From positions 2,190 through 66,189 of the IMG/VR virus record IMGVR_UViG_3300033146_001059: a stretch of 64,000 nucleotides of DNA; one strand, written 5' to 3'. Positions 11,281 to 21,180 of this stretch are shown here, in pieces. Position 1 is the stretch's first letter. Each line of letters begins with the position of its first letter. The position numbers and the translations under genes are program-made. The notes under the pieces were generated by a model. It did not search any database, was not told the origin of the DNA, and saw only the letters and a list, made by a program, of their open reading frames with translations. Source of the DNA: a virus. Its lineage: Duplodnaviria > Caudoviricetes.

Positions 11281-11820
11281 CTACTTACTTTTAATAACAT
11301 TAGAGCTTATTTTAGGGTACACTTTCCCATTAGCTATGTTTTCCCACATAGTATTATACAGCCTTTTAGGTACGTGAAATACCCTGTCTATGTATTTACT
11401 ATTTGGCCCAAAGTTTATTAAGAATTTGGGTATTCTGTATTCAGTATTTCTTAGGTTTATTATGAGATCTTTTTTTATATGCGGTAATATTTCGCTGCTA
11501 GCCTCTTCATTTAACAAGCCAACATGTATTGCAGGAAATGACCCGTGTGTTTTTAGTACGGCTATATCCCCATTTAATACATCACGAGCTATCATATATA
11601 GATACTCACCATAAATTATCTTCGCAAGCTGCGCATTTGTACTACACTTATATATGTCTCTCAGTTTGCCTTTTGGTGCATCCAGGCGCTTCTTTATCTT
11701 ACTACCTATGCTAGTAGTTGTAAATACATCAGCGAGGCTAAGAGCCCCGTACATGTCGTAATTACCCCCATAAGGATTTATATATCTAAAACTATCACCA
11801 ACCTTCTTATAATAACCCAT
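11281..11820 (-). CDS. Basic protein, possibly IHF/HU-like (179 aa)
   Basis: Basic; IARDVLNGD segment; crAss-like synteny between tail tubular and stabilisation genes. Confidence 0.45.
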   Translation of the reverse strand: MGYYKKVGDSFRYINPYGGNYDMYGALSLADVFTTTSIGSKIKKRLDAPKGKLRDIYKCSTNAQLAKIIYGEYLYMIARDVLNGDIAVLKTHGSFPAIHVGLLNEEASSEILPHIKKDLIINLRNTEYRIPKFLINFGPNSKYIDRVFHVPKRLYNTMWENIANGKVYPKISSNVIKSK

Positions 11821-12578
11821 TAACCTCTCCTAAACTTAAAACTTCTATTATATCTTTTTCTGTCAAATCTTGTATGCTCATTAAGCACTTCATCAAGTTC
11901 ATTATCTGTGATCTGTTCAGGTATTGCTGCAGCTTGAACCAGTCTTGCTGACTCCTGCGATATCCACTGCATAGAGTTAGCCGCTACAGGATCGCCTGTA
12001 AACATTTTTCTTGTCATATATGATAAGGCCACCTTCGCAGCTATAGCATTTGCATGCTTTCTTGTTATCATTGGTAGTCCGTCGTCATCGACTTTTATAC
12101 CCTCATAGATCATATGTATCTCGACTTCCCATAATCGTTTGTCAATTATTCTTATTGAAGTAGAGTCTACCCACTCATATTGCAGATACGATCCTACACC
12201 AGTAAATGGTGTATCATCAAAATGATATGTTTTTAACTCAGAATTACCGGCCAAAACATTTATATACTCATTATCTCTATTTACTCTATTCTCTCTTCCC
12301 TTATACGCCTCCACTTCACCCCACTTATTAGCATGCACAGGATCTGCAGTTACACTTATAAGTCTATATAAGTTGCAAGGCACATCGATTATCATTGTAT
12401 CCTGATTCTGTGGTTTTTGTGATAGTTTATAGTATTGTACTGGAACTGAGTTTATATCTTTAAATGCTTGATATGCCTCCTCCAAAAAATCGTCTTCTTG
12501 CATTGTTAGCCCGTACTTTCTTTTAAAGATAGGGTAAGCAGCGAGAATGTTAAGTGTAGGTTCGAAATTAGAGTTCAT
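11820..12578 (-). CDS. Tail tubular / ring protein (252 aa)
   Basis: Y.G..VDDDGLPMI motif and PCNLYRL; crAss-like tail tubular position. Confidence 0.7.
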   Translation of the reverse strand: MNSNFEPTLNILAAYPIFKRKYGLTMQEDDFLEEAYQAFKDINSVPVQYYKLSQKPQNQDTMIIDVPCNLYRLISVTADPVHANKWGEVEAYKGRENRVNRDNEYINVLAGNSELKTYHFDDTPFTGVGSYLQYEWVDSTSIRIIDKRLWEVEIHMIYEGIKVDDDGLPMITRKHANAIAAKVALSYMTRKMFTGDPVAANSMQWISQESARLVQAAAIPEQITDNELDEVLNEHTRFDRKRYNRSFKFRRG

Positions 12579-12581
12579 ATG

Positions 12582-13265
12582 TTACTGTTTTTCTTGTGTG
12601 TTAGGTTCTACAGGTCGGTTTAATTGTCTGTAGTAATTTACGTACTTCTGTGTAAGTGAGTCAATTATCTGTTTCTGTACAGACGATGGAGCGTAAAACT
12701 CGCTGTTTGAAAACTGATTTGCGTAAGGTGTTTTTAATAGTGATGCTGGGTTCTCAAATAAGGCAACAACAGAAACATACTTTAAATTATTGTACTTACC
12801 CAAGTTGTAAAAATAAATATCATACATACCAGGGTGTTTCCCAGAGGTATTTACCCACACATATGGTCGATTAGATGTTGCTTGATTGTATTTATGAAAC
12901 CTAAAATCAGTGTCATTATATACTTTAAATGTTGTTGAGTTGTCAAGTGGTCCTATGAATGAAAGTGTTTCATATATAGGTAACATCTGTGACAGCTTCG
13001 GTATAGATATGTGTGGTACAACCACCTGCGAGTCAATTGCACAGTTACCAGATGTATCTTCACAGACTACTTCTATACCATCTATTCTTTGGCTTATACT
13101 TCCAAGTTGAACGGTTCTCTGTGTTATTCCCTGTATTATAAGCGTTTCTGATTCAAGGACTATTTCCTGCATAAGTTGCTCTATTGAAAACGCCTCATTT
13201 GTAACACCCTTAAGACCATCTACTATATGATTTCGTATTGCACTCGCTAATTCTCTTAATGTCAT
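12582..13265 (-). CDS. Ring / head-tail connector protein (227 aa)
   Basis: MTLRELASAI N-terminus, VVALFENP motif, synteny. Confidence 0.6.
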   Translation of the reverse strand: MTLRELASAIRNHIVDGLKGVTNEAFSIEQLMQEIVLESETLIIQGITQRTVQLGSISQRIDGIEVVCEDTSGNCAIDSQVVVPHISIPKLSQMLPIYETLSFIGPLDNSTTFKVYNDTDFRFHKYNQATSNRPYVWVNTSGKHPGMYDIYFYNLGKYNNLKYVSVVALFENPASLLKTPYANQFSNSEFYAPSSVQKQIIDSLTQKYVNYYRQLNRPVEPNTQEKQ

Positions 13266-13267
13266 AA

Positions 13268-13756
13268 TTATCTTTTTTTAATAGTAGCTTTTCCTCCGCA
13301 TCTCATTTTTCCTCCCCCACATTTATTTTTATATCTTAAAAGTGTGCTTTCCCCATGTTCCTCATGTTCGCCAGCTTTTGCATTAGAGACATCTGCTAAG
13401 TTTTTAAGTTTATACAGTTTTTTAGATATAGTAGTTTTAATCATATCTATTTCAGCTGATATATCATTCATACCTTTAACATCCGCATGGTCTTTCATCT
13501 TATCCGTCATTGGTCCAAGTTCATGTTTCAGGTAGTGAATCATATCTGTTTTTTCTGGTATAGAGTTAATTTTAATTGGAACGGGTCCTCTAGATAAACG
13601 CATCTCAGCAATAGAGTCAACATGATCCAATAAAGCATCATACAGCTCCTCTAGAACAACATGTTCTGCCATATTGCTAGACTGTAAATGTTCTATGTGA
13701 GCTATATCTCTAGCTCTAAATAATTCTCCAATATATTCCCCGCACTTCATAATCAT
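13268..13756 (-). CDS. Ferritin-like (DUF5856-type) protein with basic Gly/Cys tail
   Basis: AHIEHLQ..AEHVVLEELYD..DSIAE four-helix pattern; KLYKLKNL end of domain; extra tail RYKNKCGGGKMRCGGK. Confidence 0.65.
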   Translation of the reverse strand: MIMKCGEYIGELFRARDIAHIEHLQSSNMAEHVVLEELYDALLDHVDSIAEMRLSRGPVPIKINSIPEKTDMIHYLKHELGPMTDKMKDHADVKGMNDISAEIDMIKTTISKKLYKLKNLADVSNAKAGEHEEHGESTLLRYKNKCGGGKMRCGGKATIKKR

Positions 13757-13798
13757 ATATTTTAATGTTATCTTTTTATTATAAGAAATTATACTAAA

Positions 13799-13826
13799 TA
13801 AAAAAAGCTCTCGGTATGAGAGCTTT
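13799..13826 (-). terminator. Intrinsic terminator
   Basis: AAAGCTCTC-5nt-GAGAGCTTT stem followed by a T run on the minus strand, after 13851-14723. Confidence 0.7.
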
Positions 13827-13850
13827 CTTAAAAATAACTTTTATATTATA

Positions 13851-14723
13851 TTACACCACAAATGCATCAAGGATAACCTTAAGGTCAGCCGCAGAGTCAT
13901 TAGCGTAGATCACATAGTGAGTAGGTTTTGAAGCCATAGCTGCATTTACGTATGAATGATCAACATACTCATGAGATTCCCACCCTGTTCCAGTATCTTC
14001 TCCTTGGAAATCAAATGTATAAGCTTTATAAGTACCTCTTACATCTACACCCTGATCATTACCGCCGTGGTTCTGAGCATAAGGCATAACGTTTTCTTTT
14101 GTAGCCATTCTTCTTGACTCCTCAATGAATTTACCAAGACCAACACCTACAGATCCCGCTGTAATTGATGATTGTACTAGCTGAGTGAAAGGTAAACCTC
14201 CATGTGCAACTAATTTAATACTAACAGATTTAATGAATATGTGCTCCATACCTTTAGCAACCTCTAATTCAACCTCTGCCCCATTAGCATTAGTAGAAAA
14301 ATAAGTTTCAATCTCATTTAGACTTTGTACAGCTAATGTAGCCCCTAAGTCTATAGCTGCTGCTATACCAGCTTCATCAGCTGTTAATACAGGTGTTGAT
14401 TGAAATACAATAGATTTACCGTCTACTATGAAATCTCTTGCAATAGAGCTAACGTTTCTTAAAGAACGTAGTTTAATCTCCACCTCAAAAACATCACCTT
14501 TAACAAATATATGTGGTTTTCCCCAAGCATCAACAGGCATAGACGGAATTACAGCCGTCCATGAAGTTAATTCTTGTACTGCAGGCGCAGAAGCAGTTTG
14601 CACTGGATTTGATATTTGTCCGTGCTTAATTTTTCCGTACCCAGGAATGTTTATAACATTTGCGTCACCTGTGATCTCACCAAGAGAATTTAATACGACT
14701 TCTTTATATCCTAAATTGAACAT
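13851..14723 (-). CDS. Accessory (auxiliary) capsid-like protein, paralogue 3 (290 aa)
   Basis: MFNLGYK start; GxGKxxEESRRMAT and GWESHEY shared with neighbours; highly expressed codon style. Confidence 0.6.
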   Translation of the reverse strand: MFNLGYKEVVLNSLGEITGDANVINIPGYGKIKHGQISNPVQTASAPAVQELTSWTAVIPSMPVDAWGKPHIFVKGDVFEVEIKLRSLRNVSSIARDFIVDGKSIVFQSTPVLTADEAGIAAAIDLGATLAVQSLNEIETYFSTNANGAEVELEVAKGMEHIFIKSVSIKLVAHGGLPFTQLVQSSITAGSVGVGLGKFIEESRRMATKENVMPYAQNHGGNDQGVDVRGTYKAYTFDFQGEDTGTGWESHEYVDHSYVNAAMASKPTHYVIYANDSAADLKVILDAFVV

Positions 14724-14740
14724 AATTTTTAATTTTTAGT

Positions 14741-14805
14741 TTGTTCGGCATACCAGCTACGTCCGAACGGTTTATATAAATATACGAAAGGAGCTGGGTT
14801 CCCCT
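14741..14805 (-). ncRNA. Putative pseudoknotted leader RNA, copy 1
   Basis: CCAGCT/AGCTGG crossed by GTTCGG/CCGAAC; same layout at 15799-15863. Confidence 0.55.
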
Positions 14806-14819
14806 CCGCTTTAAAATTT

Positions 14820-15785
14820 TTATGCGAAGAAGTCTGTTCCGTCAGCTGCTCCTGCAGATCCATCTGCTAATGTTAGTTTTATGTCTGAGGTAACCAGTGA
14901 TCCAATGAAAGCCTGTAAATCAGTGTCTAGATCTTTACTCACTTTTTCGTTTATATATAACACATAACGCCTAGGTTTACTGTCCATCTTAGCCTGCACA
15001 TAGCCGTGTTTAAGATACTCATGAGACTCCCACCCTGTTGGGCTACTATCCTCTTTAGCTTCAATAAAGAAAGTAGTGTATTCTCCATGCACGTCAACGC
15101 CTAACGAATTACCTTGTTGGTTTTCTCCGTATGGTCTTATATTGTTCAAAGTAGCCATTCTTCTTGACTCCTCTACCCACGATCCTTGCCCTTTACCGGG
15201 GTTAAAACCTACGATAGATTGCTCAGTTAATTTAGTGGCGGGCTGATCCATTGGGTTAGCTTTCTGTATAGTAACACCTTTAAAGCTGTCTATAATAAGA
15301 TCTTCACCTTCTTTTGTCATTACAACATTGAATGTGTTTGCTGCTGCCCCTGCTTTTAATTTAATAATCTGCGCTGCGTTTGTAAAATGCGCTGCTGCTA
15401 AATTAAACCCTTCGATTATTGCATCTGCTAATGCGTCATTTGTAGCTGCTTTCATTGGTGCAGATTGAAAAGATAACCTCTCGCCGTCGATAATGAAATC
15501 TCTAGCAAAATCAGATCTATTTCTAGAATACTCTTCCACATAAATGACAACATTATAAACATCGCCTGAAGCACCTAAAACGGTACCTACTCCTATACTA
15601 CCAGAATCTCCTGGGATGCTATAAGCAGTCTCTTGTGGAGCCTTTTTCTGCGCTCTTTCAGCGTAGAACCTAGTTACTCCTGAAGCCGCTAGCGTAGCAA
15701 AACCATCAATACCAAATGCATCCTGGTCAAGTTTCGTGTATGAGACATCATTAAGTACAATTTCTTTATATCCTAAATTGAACAT
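14820..15785 (-). CDS. Accessory capsid-like protein, paralogue 2 (321 aa)
   Basis: Same motifs as 13851-14723. Confidence 0.6.
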   Translation of the reverse strand: MFNLGYKEIVLNDVSYTKLDQDAFGIDGFATLAASGVTRFYAERAQKKAPQETAYSIPGDSGSIGVGTVLGASGDVYNVVIYVEEYSRNRSDFARDFIIDGERLSFQSAPMKAATNDALADAIIEGFNLAAAHFTNAAQIIKLKAGAAANTFNVVMTKEGEDLIIDSFKGVTIQKANPMDQPATKLTEQSIVGFNPGKGQGSWVEESRRMATLNNIRPYGENQQGNSLGVDVHGEYTTFFIEAKEDSSPTGWESHEYLKHGYVQAKMDSKPRRYVLYINEKVSKDLDTDLQAFIGSLVTSDIKLTLADGSAGAADGTDFFA

Positions 15786-15798
15786 ATTAATTATTTAT

Positions 15799-15863
15799 TT
15801 GTTGACACACTTACCAGCTTCGGTGCGTCTCGGTTTATATTTACCGGAGGGCTGGAGTCCCCC
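15799..15863 (-). ncRNA. Putative pseudoknotted leader RNA, copy 2
   Basis: CCAGC/GCTGG crossed by GACGCAC/GTGTGTC. Confidence 0.55.
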
Positions 15864-15877
15864 ATCTTGTATTTTTA

Positions 15878-16657
15878 TTAGCTTAATGGGTCTGCAAGAT
15901 CCTCTCTTACATATATAATCCATTTAATATCTGTTGTAGGTAAATCTACCCCAACTGATGTGTGCTTAATATATTCACCCTGTTCCCAAGGAGCAAAATC
16001 AGCCTCTGGGGTCTTAACAAAAATAGTAGTATATTTAGCTTTAAGATCTATGTTATGTGAATTTCCCCCGTGTTGTTGGTTGTAGGCAGCATAATTAGTC
16101 GCTGTTCCAAGCTTAACAGATTCTTCAATCTGCCAACCCATACCGTAACCTTTTTCAGCCTCGGCAGTAATGGTTTTAACTAACCTTGTCGATGCGTTAG
16201 CTTTTTCAATACCATCAAATGTACCAGGTCTAACGTGAATATCAGATACTAACATATTCTCATGTCCAAATTGTATCGTAGTTGTAAGGCCAGCTGACAC
16301 TTTTACAGTAGCTTCTGATTTTACAGGTGATGTGTTAAACGTTAAATTATGTAATAAAATCCACGCATCGAAACCGCTTACAATATCACCCTCTGAAGAT
16401 GATTTAGCATTAAAAGCTATAGTCTTTCGTGTGTCATCTGTGTTGCCAGTTAGTACTATTTTAACATCAGCATAATCACCTCCGCTAGGAAGTCCTGCCC
16501 ATGTTGCTATTTCGGCTACTGGTTCCTTAGCCGCTAAGATCTCTACTATATTCCCTTTGTCGTATGTACCAAATCCAGGTATAGTTACTTTAGATCCGTT
16601 AACTGTAATACCTTCATCGGCATTTATTACAACTTTTTTATATCCTGTATTGAACAT
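15878..16657 (-). CDS. Accessory capsid-like protein, paralogue 1 (259 aa)
   Basis: MFNTGYK start, GxGWQIEES, HGGN, WEQGEY. Confidence 0.55.
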   Translation of the reverse strand: MFNTGYKKVVINADEGITVNGSKVTIPGFGTYDKGNIVEILAAKEPVAEIATWAGLPSGGDYADVKIVLTGNTDDTRKTIAFNAKSSSEGDIVSGFDAWILLHNLTFNTSPVKSEATVKVSAGLTTTIQFGHENMLVSDIHVRPGTFDGIEKANASTRLVKTITAEAEKGYGMGWQIEESVKLGTATNYAAYNQQHGGNSHNIDLKAKYTTIFVKTPEADFAPWEQGEYIKHTSVGVDLPTTDIKWIIYVREDLADPLS

Positions 16658-16674
16658 ATCTTTAAAATTTTTTA

Positions 16675-17544
16675 TTATTTACCTCCGCTAAACGCTTGTA
16701 TTGACTGATTAACCATAGGAGTAACACTTACCCTAGGGTCAGATCCTTGCTCCATAATAAATACTACTATCTGATTTAATATTTCCACGTTAATATAGTC
16801 ATCAAACTCCATGTTTTCTGTTGTATCCTCTAAGGTCAATAACTGACTAGGGTATAAACTTATTATCTTAGGATCCCTAAGATACTCTATAGTAACCTTC
16901 TCTATGTTGTAGTCATCAGATTCATCACCTGTTTTTATATGAAGTGTGTCACCTATGATGTCATAGTAAGGCCTGTAAAATTGTGGGTCTAAAAATGCAT
17001 TGTTAAGTATAGCTGCTTTCCTGTCAGCTGTTAATCTCTTAGCGGCATATTCCCTAGACGTATTATTTTTTTGATCGCATCCAAATACCGAAGCAGTAGT
17101 AGAAGTTTTAACTTTTACTATACAATTAAGTAAGTGCCTATAATTATACTCCATAATTGCCAGGTTGCCTTTAGACGCTTTAATGCAGTTTTGCTTACAT
17201 CTAACTTTATTAGCCTCGCAAACTTCTTTACACGCTTGATCAGACCCGCACGCGTCATCACATGTTGTAAAGGTACTCTCACACACGTCATCACATTTTG
17301 TAGCTTTTTCAGCTCTTGCAGCCTCTATTTTTACAGGGTCAAATAACACCTCCTCAGGACCAGTACGTAAAACTCTAAGGTCATCACTTAACTGCTGTGA
17401 TACATCCATCTGATTATAACGAGTGTTAGTATACCAACTTATAGCTTTATTCGCATAATAAAGGAAATCCTCTACGTACAACGCAGAGGCTTCCTCTTTA
17501 TTTAATTCTATTAATGTATTACGATAAAGCTCTCTTATAGTCAT
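16675..17544 (-). CDS. Head-tail/ring protein (crAss gene74-like) with Cys-rich insertion
   Basis: LSDDLRVL, IEYLRDP motifs; position two genes downstream of the MCP. Confidence 0.6.
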   Translation of the reverse strand: MTIRELYRNTLIELNKEEASALYVEDFLYYANKAISWYTNTRYNQMDVSQQLSDDLRVLRTGPEEVLFDPVKIEAARAEKATKCDDVCESTFTTCDDACGSDQACKEVCEANKVRCKQNCIKASKGNLAIMEYNYRHLLNCIVKVKTSTTASVFGCDQKNNTSREYAAKRLTADRKAAILNNAFLDPQFYRPYYDIIGDTLHIKTGDESDDYNIEKVTIEYLRDPKIISLYPSQLLTLEDTTENMEFDDYINVEILNQIVVFIMEQGSDPRVSVTPMVNQSIQAFSGGK

Positions 17545-18389
17545 TACTTTTCTCCTTTATTTTTTTTCTCTGCAGCTTTCTCAGCCTTAGCAGCCCTTGC
17601 TTTTGCCATTGGATCCTCTTTTTTAGGATATATAGCATTTTCAATCTCTTTTACTATTGGTACGTTTACAGCACTATTTAAATACTCTAAAGCCAAAGCT
17701 TCGGTTGTACCCAGTAATATATTATTGTATCTATATGCGAAACCATCATAAGCAATTATATCTTTATCAAGACCGTGATATAGCATTAATTTTAATGATA
17801 TATTTGCATCTTCATATAAAGCAGCGATCTCATTACGTCTGTGCCTGTCTTTAGCAGCAGTCATCAGATACTCTTTTACGTCAGACATTGGTTGACCAGT
17901 CATATCTATACCAAGTAATCTTACTCTATTGTATAGATTAATTTCAGTATCATCCATTATCTTATTAAGCACTTTCATCTCCGATTCGATTTCAGAAAGT
18001 TTCTTTCTAGATTCTGCGCCAGGCCTGAATACATAGAACCAGGCTTCACTTAAACCTGTTTGTTGTGCAGCATCAAAATCTTTTGCGATGTGAATAGAGT
18101 GTCTCACCCATTCCCAATCTGCTGCATCTTGTGAATCATTTAAATCAAAAGTAAGTCCGTCTTTTATAGTTATAGTTGAACTTATCTCTGGTAAATATCC
18201 TCTTTTTAGTTTCTCCATCTCTGATACATTGGTTTCAATACCATTGTATCTCCCGTTGGACATACCTTTTGAAGGTTGTAATTTTAATTTTGCCTCCTTA
18301 CTGAAAATTGATTTTATTATTACAATCTTATCTTCAGGTGTCCCGTCTGCTAATTGCTCTTGGCTCAGTGTTTCAAATTTTTGTGTCAT
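17544..18389 (-). CDS. Conserved crAss-like protein downstream of MCP (gene75-like, 281 aa)
   Basis: FDLNDSQD motif, LG.TEALALEYL C-terminal segment; synteny. Confidence 0.55.
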   Translation of the reverse strand: MTQKFETLSQEQLADGTPEDKIVIIKSIFSKEAKLKLQPSKGMSNGRYNGIETNVSEMEKLKRGYLPEISSTITIKDGLTFDLNDSQDAADWEWVRHSIHIAKDFDAAQQTGLSEAWFYVFRPGAESRKKLSEIESEMKVLNKIMDDTEINLYNRVRLLGIDMTGQPMSDVKEYLMTAAKDRHRRNEIAALYEDANISLKLMLYHGLDKDIIAYDGFAYRYNNILLGTTEALALEYLNSAVNVPIVKEIENAIYPKKEDPMAKARAAKAEKAAEKKNKGEK

Positions 18390-18418
18390 AGTCTTATTAT
18401 TTCATATTATCATTAAAT

Positions 18419-18443
18419 AACCCCACCCAACATGAGTGGGGTT
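18419..18443 (-). terminator. Hairpin / probable terminator after MCP
   Basis: AACCCCAC...GTGGGGTT stem just downstream of the MCP stop. Confidence 0.6.
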
Positions 18444-18466
18444 TTATTATTATAAGAATTTAATTC

Positions 18467-19876
18467 TTAGTATGCAATTGATTCAGTAATAATTGCTGAT
18501 TTGTAAGGGTTAAATATTACAACTCCAGAGTATCCTAATAGGTGGTAAGAACTACCGTGGATTGAAGTAGCAATCTGTCCGCTTTCACGTCCTGACTGTC
18601 CACCCATACCATTAAGTGTTCCAGATAACATCTCAGCCCCGTCAAGAGTGAATGTTGCCATATTAGGTCTTCCTGTAGAAACATCTGGTTGCATATCGAT
18701 ACAGAAACCGTATCCATAATCAGGGTATTCTTGAGAAAGAGATCTATCAACTACGAAAGAGATAGAGTTTCCTTGGAATGTGTAAGTATCAAATTGTGCG
18801 CCAACCTTAACTTTAGAGTTAGATTGTTTAGACCAGAAGTAAGAACCTTCAGCTGGAGAGGTAAATCTCAAGTCAGCTTTCATTACTTTTCCAACTTGGA
18901 ACCACAGTCTCTCGTTTACAACGAAAGCATAAGAATTTCCAATAGGTGTATCTGATTTTTCAACCATAGCTGCCATGATATCCTCGAATAAATCAATAGA
19001 CAGTACAGAGTAAGCGAATTTATCACAATATCTTTCGATCTGTGCAATTACACCATCTCCAATCGGCACATCTCTACCTTTTTCATCCTGCATCATACAT
19101 TTACCGTTCGCATCAAAGTTAGATTGACCGAAGATCATATGTTGTTCTCTTGAGACTAGGTAAGAGTCCATACACTCTTTTTCCTTAGTATTCATCTTAG
19201 CATACTGCTCACCATCTTTACCTTTACCCATGTCGATGAAAACATCTTCCATAAGTGCAAAATCACCTGAGAAATCTACAGAAGATCTGTGTCTAGATAG
19301 ATAATTTCTATGTGTCTCAGTGTTAGAGATGTACTTGATATAACCTCTCTCAGAAAGCTCTGGGTGATAGTTAGATCTGTATCTTGTGATACGTCCTGGC
19401 GTAAGGAATTCTTTAGCAGCTTGCTTGCTCATGTCAGCAGTAACCAACATAACTTTATGCATCCACTTATTATCCATTTCCTTCTTAGGTGGGGCAACTA
19501 CAAAAAGTTGTTGCTTGTTCTCAAGAACTAACGTATCATTTTTGTCGTAATATTTCTCAGCTAGTGCAAGATCAAAGATCGCACCTGCTGCTGGGGTAAC
19601 AGTTCCACCCGCTACAATTTTAACTTTTTTGATAAAGTTAACTTTAATTGACCACTCAATAGTCATTGAGTTAATCGGTGTGAAAGAATCTCCACCTTTC
19701 TTTTTAGTATAAACATTTCTAAGTGCCTCAGTAAGGTTAGAAATTGCTAATCCAGGGTACATAGTTACTACCTGCCCCATTTTGTGAGGTTTTTTCCCCA
19801 ACAATGTTCCAAAGTTTTGGACTGTTTTTGTGCTCGAAACGTTTTCCAAAACCGTGTTTCTGTCTACTATTCTCAT
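18467..19876 (-). CDS. Major capsid protein (469 aa)
   Basis: PELSERGY, GRDVPIGDGVIAQIE motifs typical of crAss-like HK97-fold MCP; highly expressed codon style; follows scaffold. Confidence 0.85.
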   Translation of the reverse strand: MRIVDRNTVLENVSSTKTVQNFGTLLGKKPHKMGQVVTMYPGLAISNLTEALRNVYTKKKGGDSFTPINSMTIEWSIKVNFIKKVKIVAGGTVTPAAGAIFDLALAEKYYDKNDTLVLENKQQLFVVAPPKKEMDNKWMHKVMLVTADMSKQAAKEFLTPGRITRYRSNYHPELSERGYIKYISNTETHRNYLSRHRSSVDFSGDFALMEDVFIDMGKGKDGEQYAKMNTKEKECMDSYLVSREQHMIFGQSNFDANGKCMMQDEKGRDVPIGDGVIAQIERYCDKFAYSVLSIDLFEDIMAAMVEKSDTPIGNSYAFVVNERLWFQVGKVMKADLRFTSPAEGSYFWSKQSNSKVKVGAQFDTYTFQGNSISFVVDRSLSQEYPDYGYGFCIDMQPDVSTGRPNMATFTLDGAEMLSGTLNGMGGQSGRESGQIATSIHGSSYHLLGYSGVVIFNPYKSAIITESIAY

Positions 19877-19903
19877 AGTTCTTTAAAATTTAATTATTAA
19901 TAA

Positions 19904-21091
19904 TTAGTCGTCCCACAGTGCGTCGATATTGTCAGGTCTACCAGTTTGTCTACCTTGGCCAACATCTTTGCCAGGTTTTGGTATAATATCATTACGAGAC
20001 ATTCCATTTGCGGATCCAGGTGCACCATTAAGCACATCTTGTCTCCCTTGCTTGAAAGCCTCCGACTCTTTTCTTCTCCAGTACTTGTCAACATTATCTA
20101 AGTAACTTTCACCATATTTCATAAACCATGCTGCTTTGAACAGCCTTTCTGGATCACTAAACATTTCTTCCATAATTAACGGATCACCCTGGTCATTAAT
20201 TTCCAGTAAACTGTGTAAAACTTCATTTTTCATTTGATCTGTAACCTCAGCACCTCCAATATTATCAATATTCTCAACCGCTGAAACTATTTCGTATCTA
20301 TCAGCTTCTAGTGCAGCTACTTTTTCTTTGCTCACTTCCGCCTCTTCAGATGCTTTTGCTTGTGCTTGCTTGTCGTTTAATTGACCTCGCAAACTAGCCA
20401 CCTGTTTAGTATAAATAGACTCATTTTCTTTCTGTCTACCCATTGCAATTATTGCTTCTTCTTCTGTTAAATCCGGTTCAACATGTTTGAGCCAGCTTAA
20501 AAAGATAGCGTCATCAGGCATTTCATTATAATCTACGCTATTAGCATCTCGAGCAGCGAATGATTTTGCTACCTGCTTATTTATTACATCAGACATAAAC
20601 TCAGAAACACTCCTGTTGGAATTTCTTATGTCATTAAGTAATTGTATTTCTTCACTTGCTAGATCATATTCCTCTTCTACAGTAGGTCTTGCATCTGTTG
20701 AAAGTGACTGCAATACAGTGTACTGCTCATCTGCGCTCAGAGAATCGAAATCCACAGACGCGCCGTCATCGTATGTTATCTTACCTCCTACGATACCGTA
20801 GTCTGCTAAATATCTCTCTACTCCTGTAAGTATGTCATCTCCGTCGGTACCAGAGCCGGAACCGTCTCCATCTGTACCATCACCGACAGTTCCCCCGTCA
20901 GCCCCGCTAGCGTCAGTTCCATCAGAACCATCAGAACCACCAGAACCACCAGAACCACCAGAACCATCAGAACCACCAGCTCCGTCTGTATTTGTACCGG
21001 AACCATCTCCAGTATCAGCTGCAGCAGCAGCTCCATCAGATCCATCTACGTCTTCCGCAAAAAGATCATCTACACTTAAATTGTCATTCAT
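19904..21091 (-). CDS. Scaffold-like acidic protein (395 aa)
   Basis: Very acidic, low-complexity N-terminus, coiled coil, immediately upstream of MCP. Confidence 0.65.
   Translation of the reverse strand: MNDNLSVDDLFAEDVDGSDGAAAAADTGDGSGTNTDGAGGSDGSGGSGGSGGSDGSDGTDASGADGGTVGDGTDGDGSGSGTDGDDILTGVERYLADYGIVGGKITYDDGASVDFDSLSADEQYTVLQSLSTDARPTVEEEYDLASEEIQLLNDIRNSNRSVSEFMSDVINKQVAKSFAARDANSVDYNEMPDDAIFLSWLKHVEPDLTEEEAIIAMGRQKENESIYTKQVASLRGQLNDKQAQAKASEEAEVSKEKVAALEADRYEIVSAVENIDNIGGAEVTDQMKNEVLHSLLEINDQGDPLIMEEMFSDPERLFKAAWFMKYGESYLDNVDKYWRRKESEAFKQGRQDVLNGAPGSANGMSRNDIIPKPGKDVGQGRQTGRPDNIDALWDD
20919..20979. repeat. 9-bp tandem repeat CCA(T/C)CAGAA encoding a GSD/GSG linker
   Basis: About 6-7 consecutive units inside the scaffold gene. 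Confidence 0.8.
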
Positions 21092-21180
21092 CTTATTATC
21101 GTATTTACATTATAAAAACTGACACAACTTTATGTCATTTTCTTATTATAAGAAAAAAGTAGAGTAATACCAACTACCTA

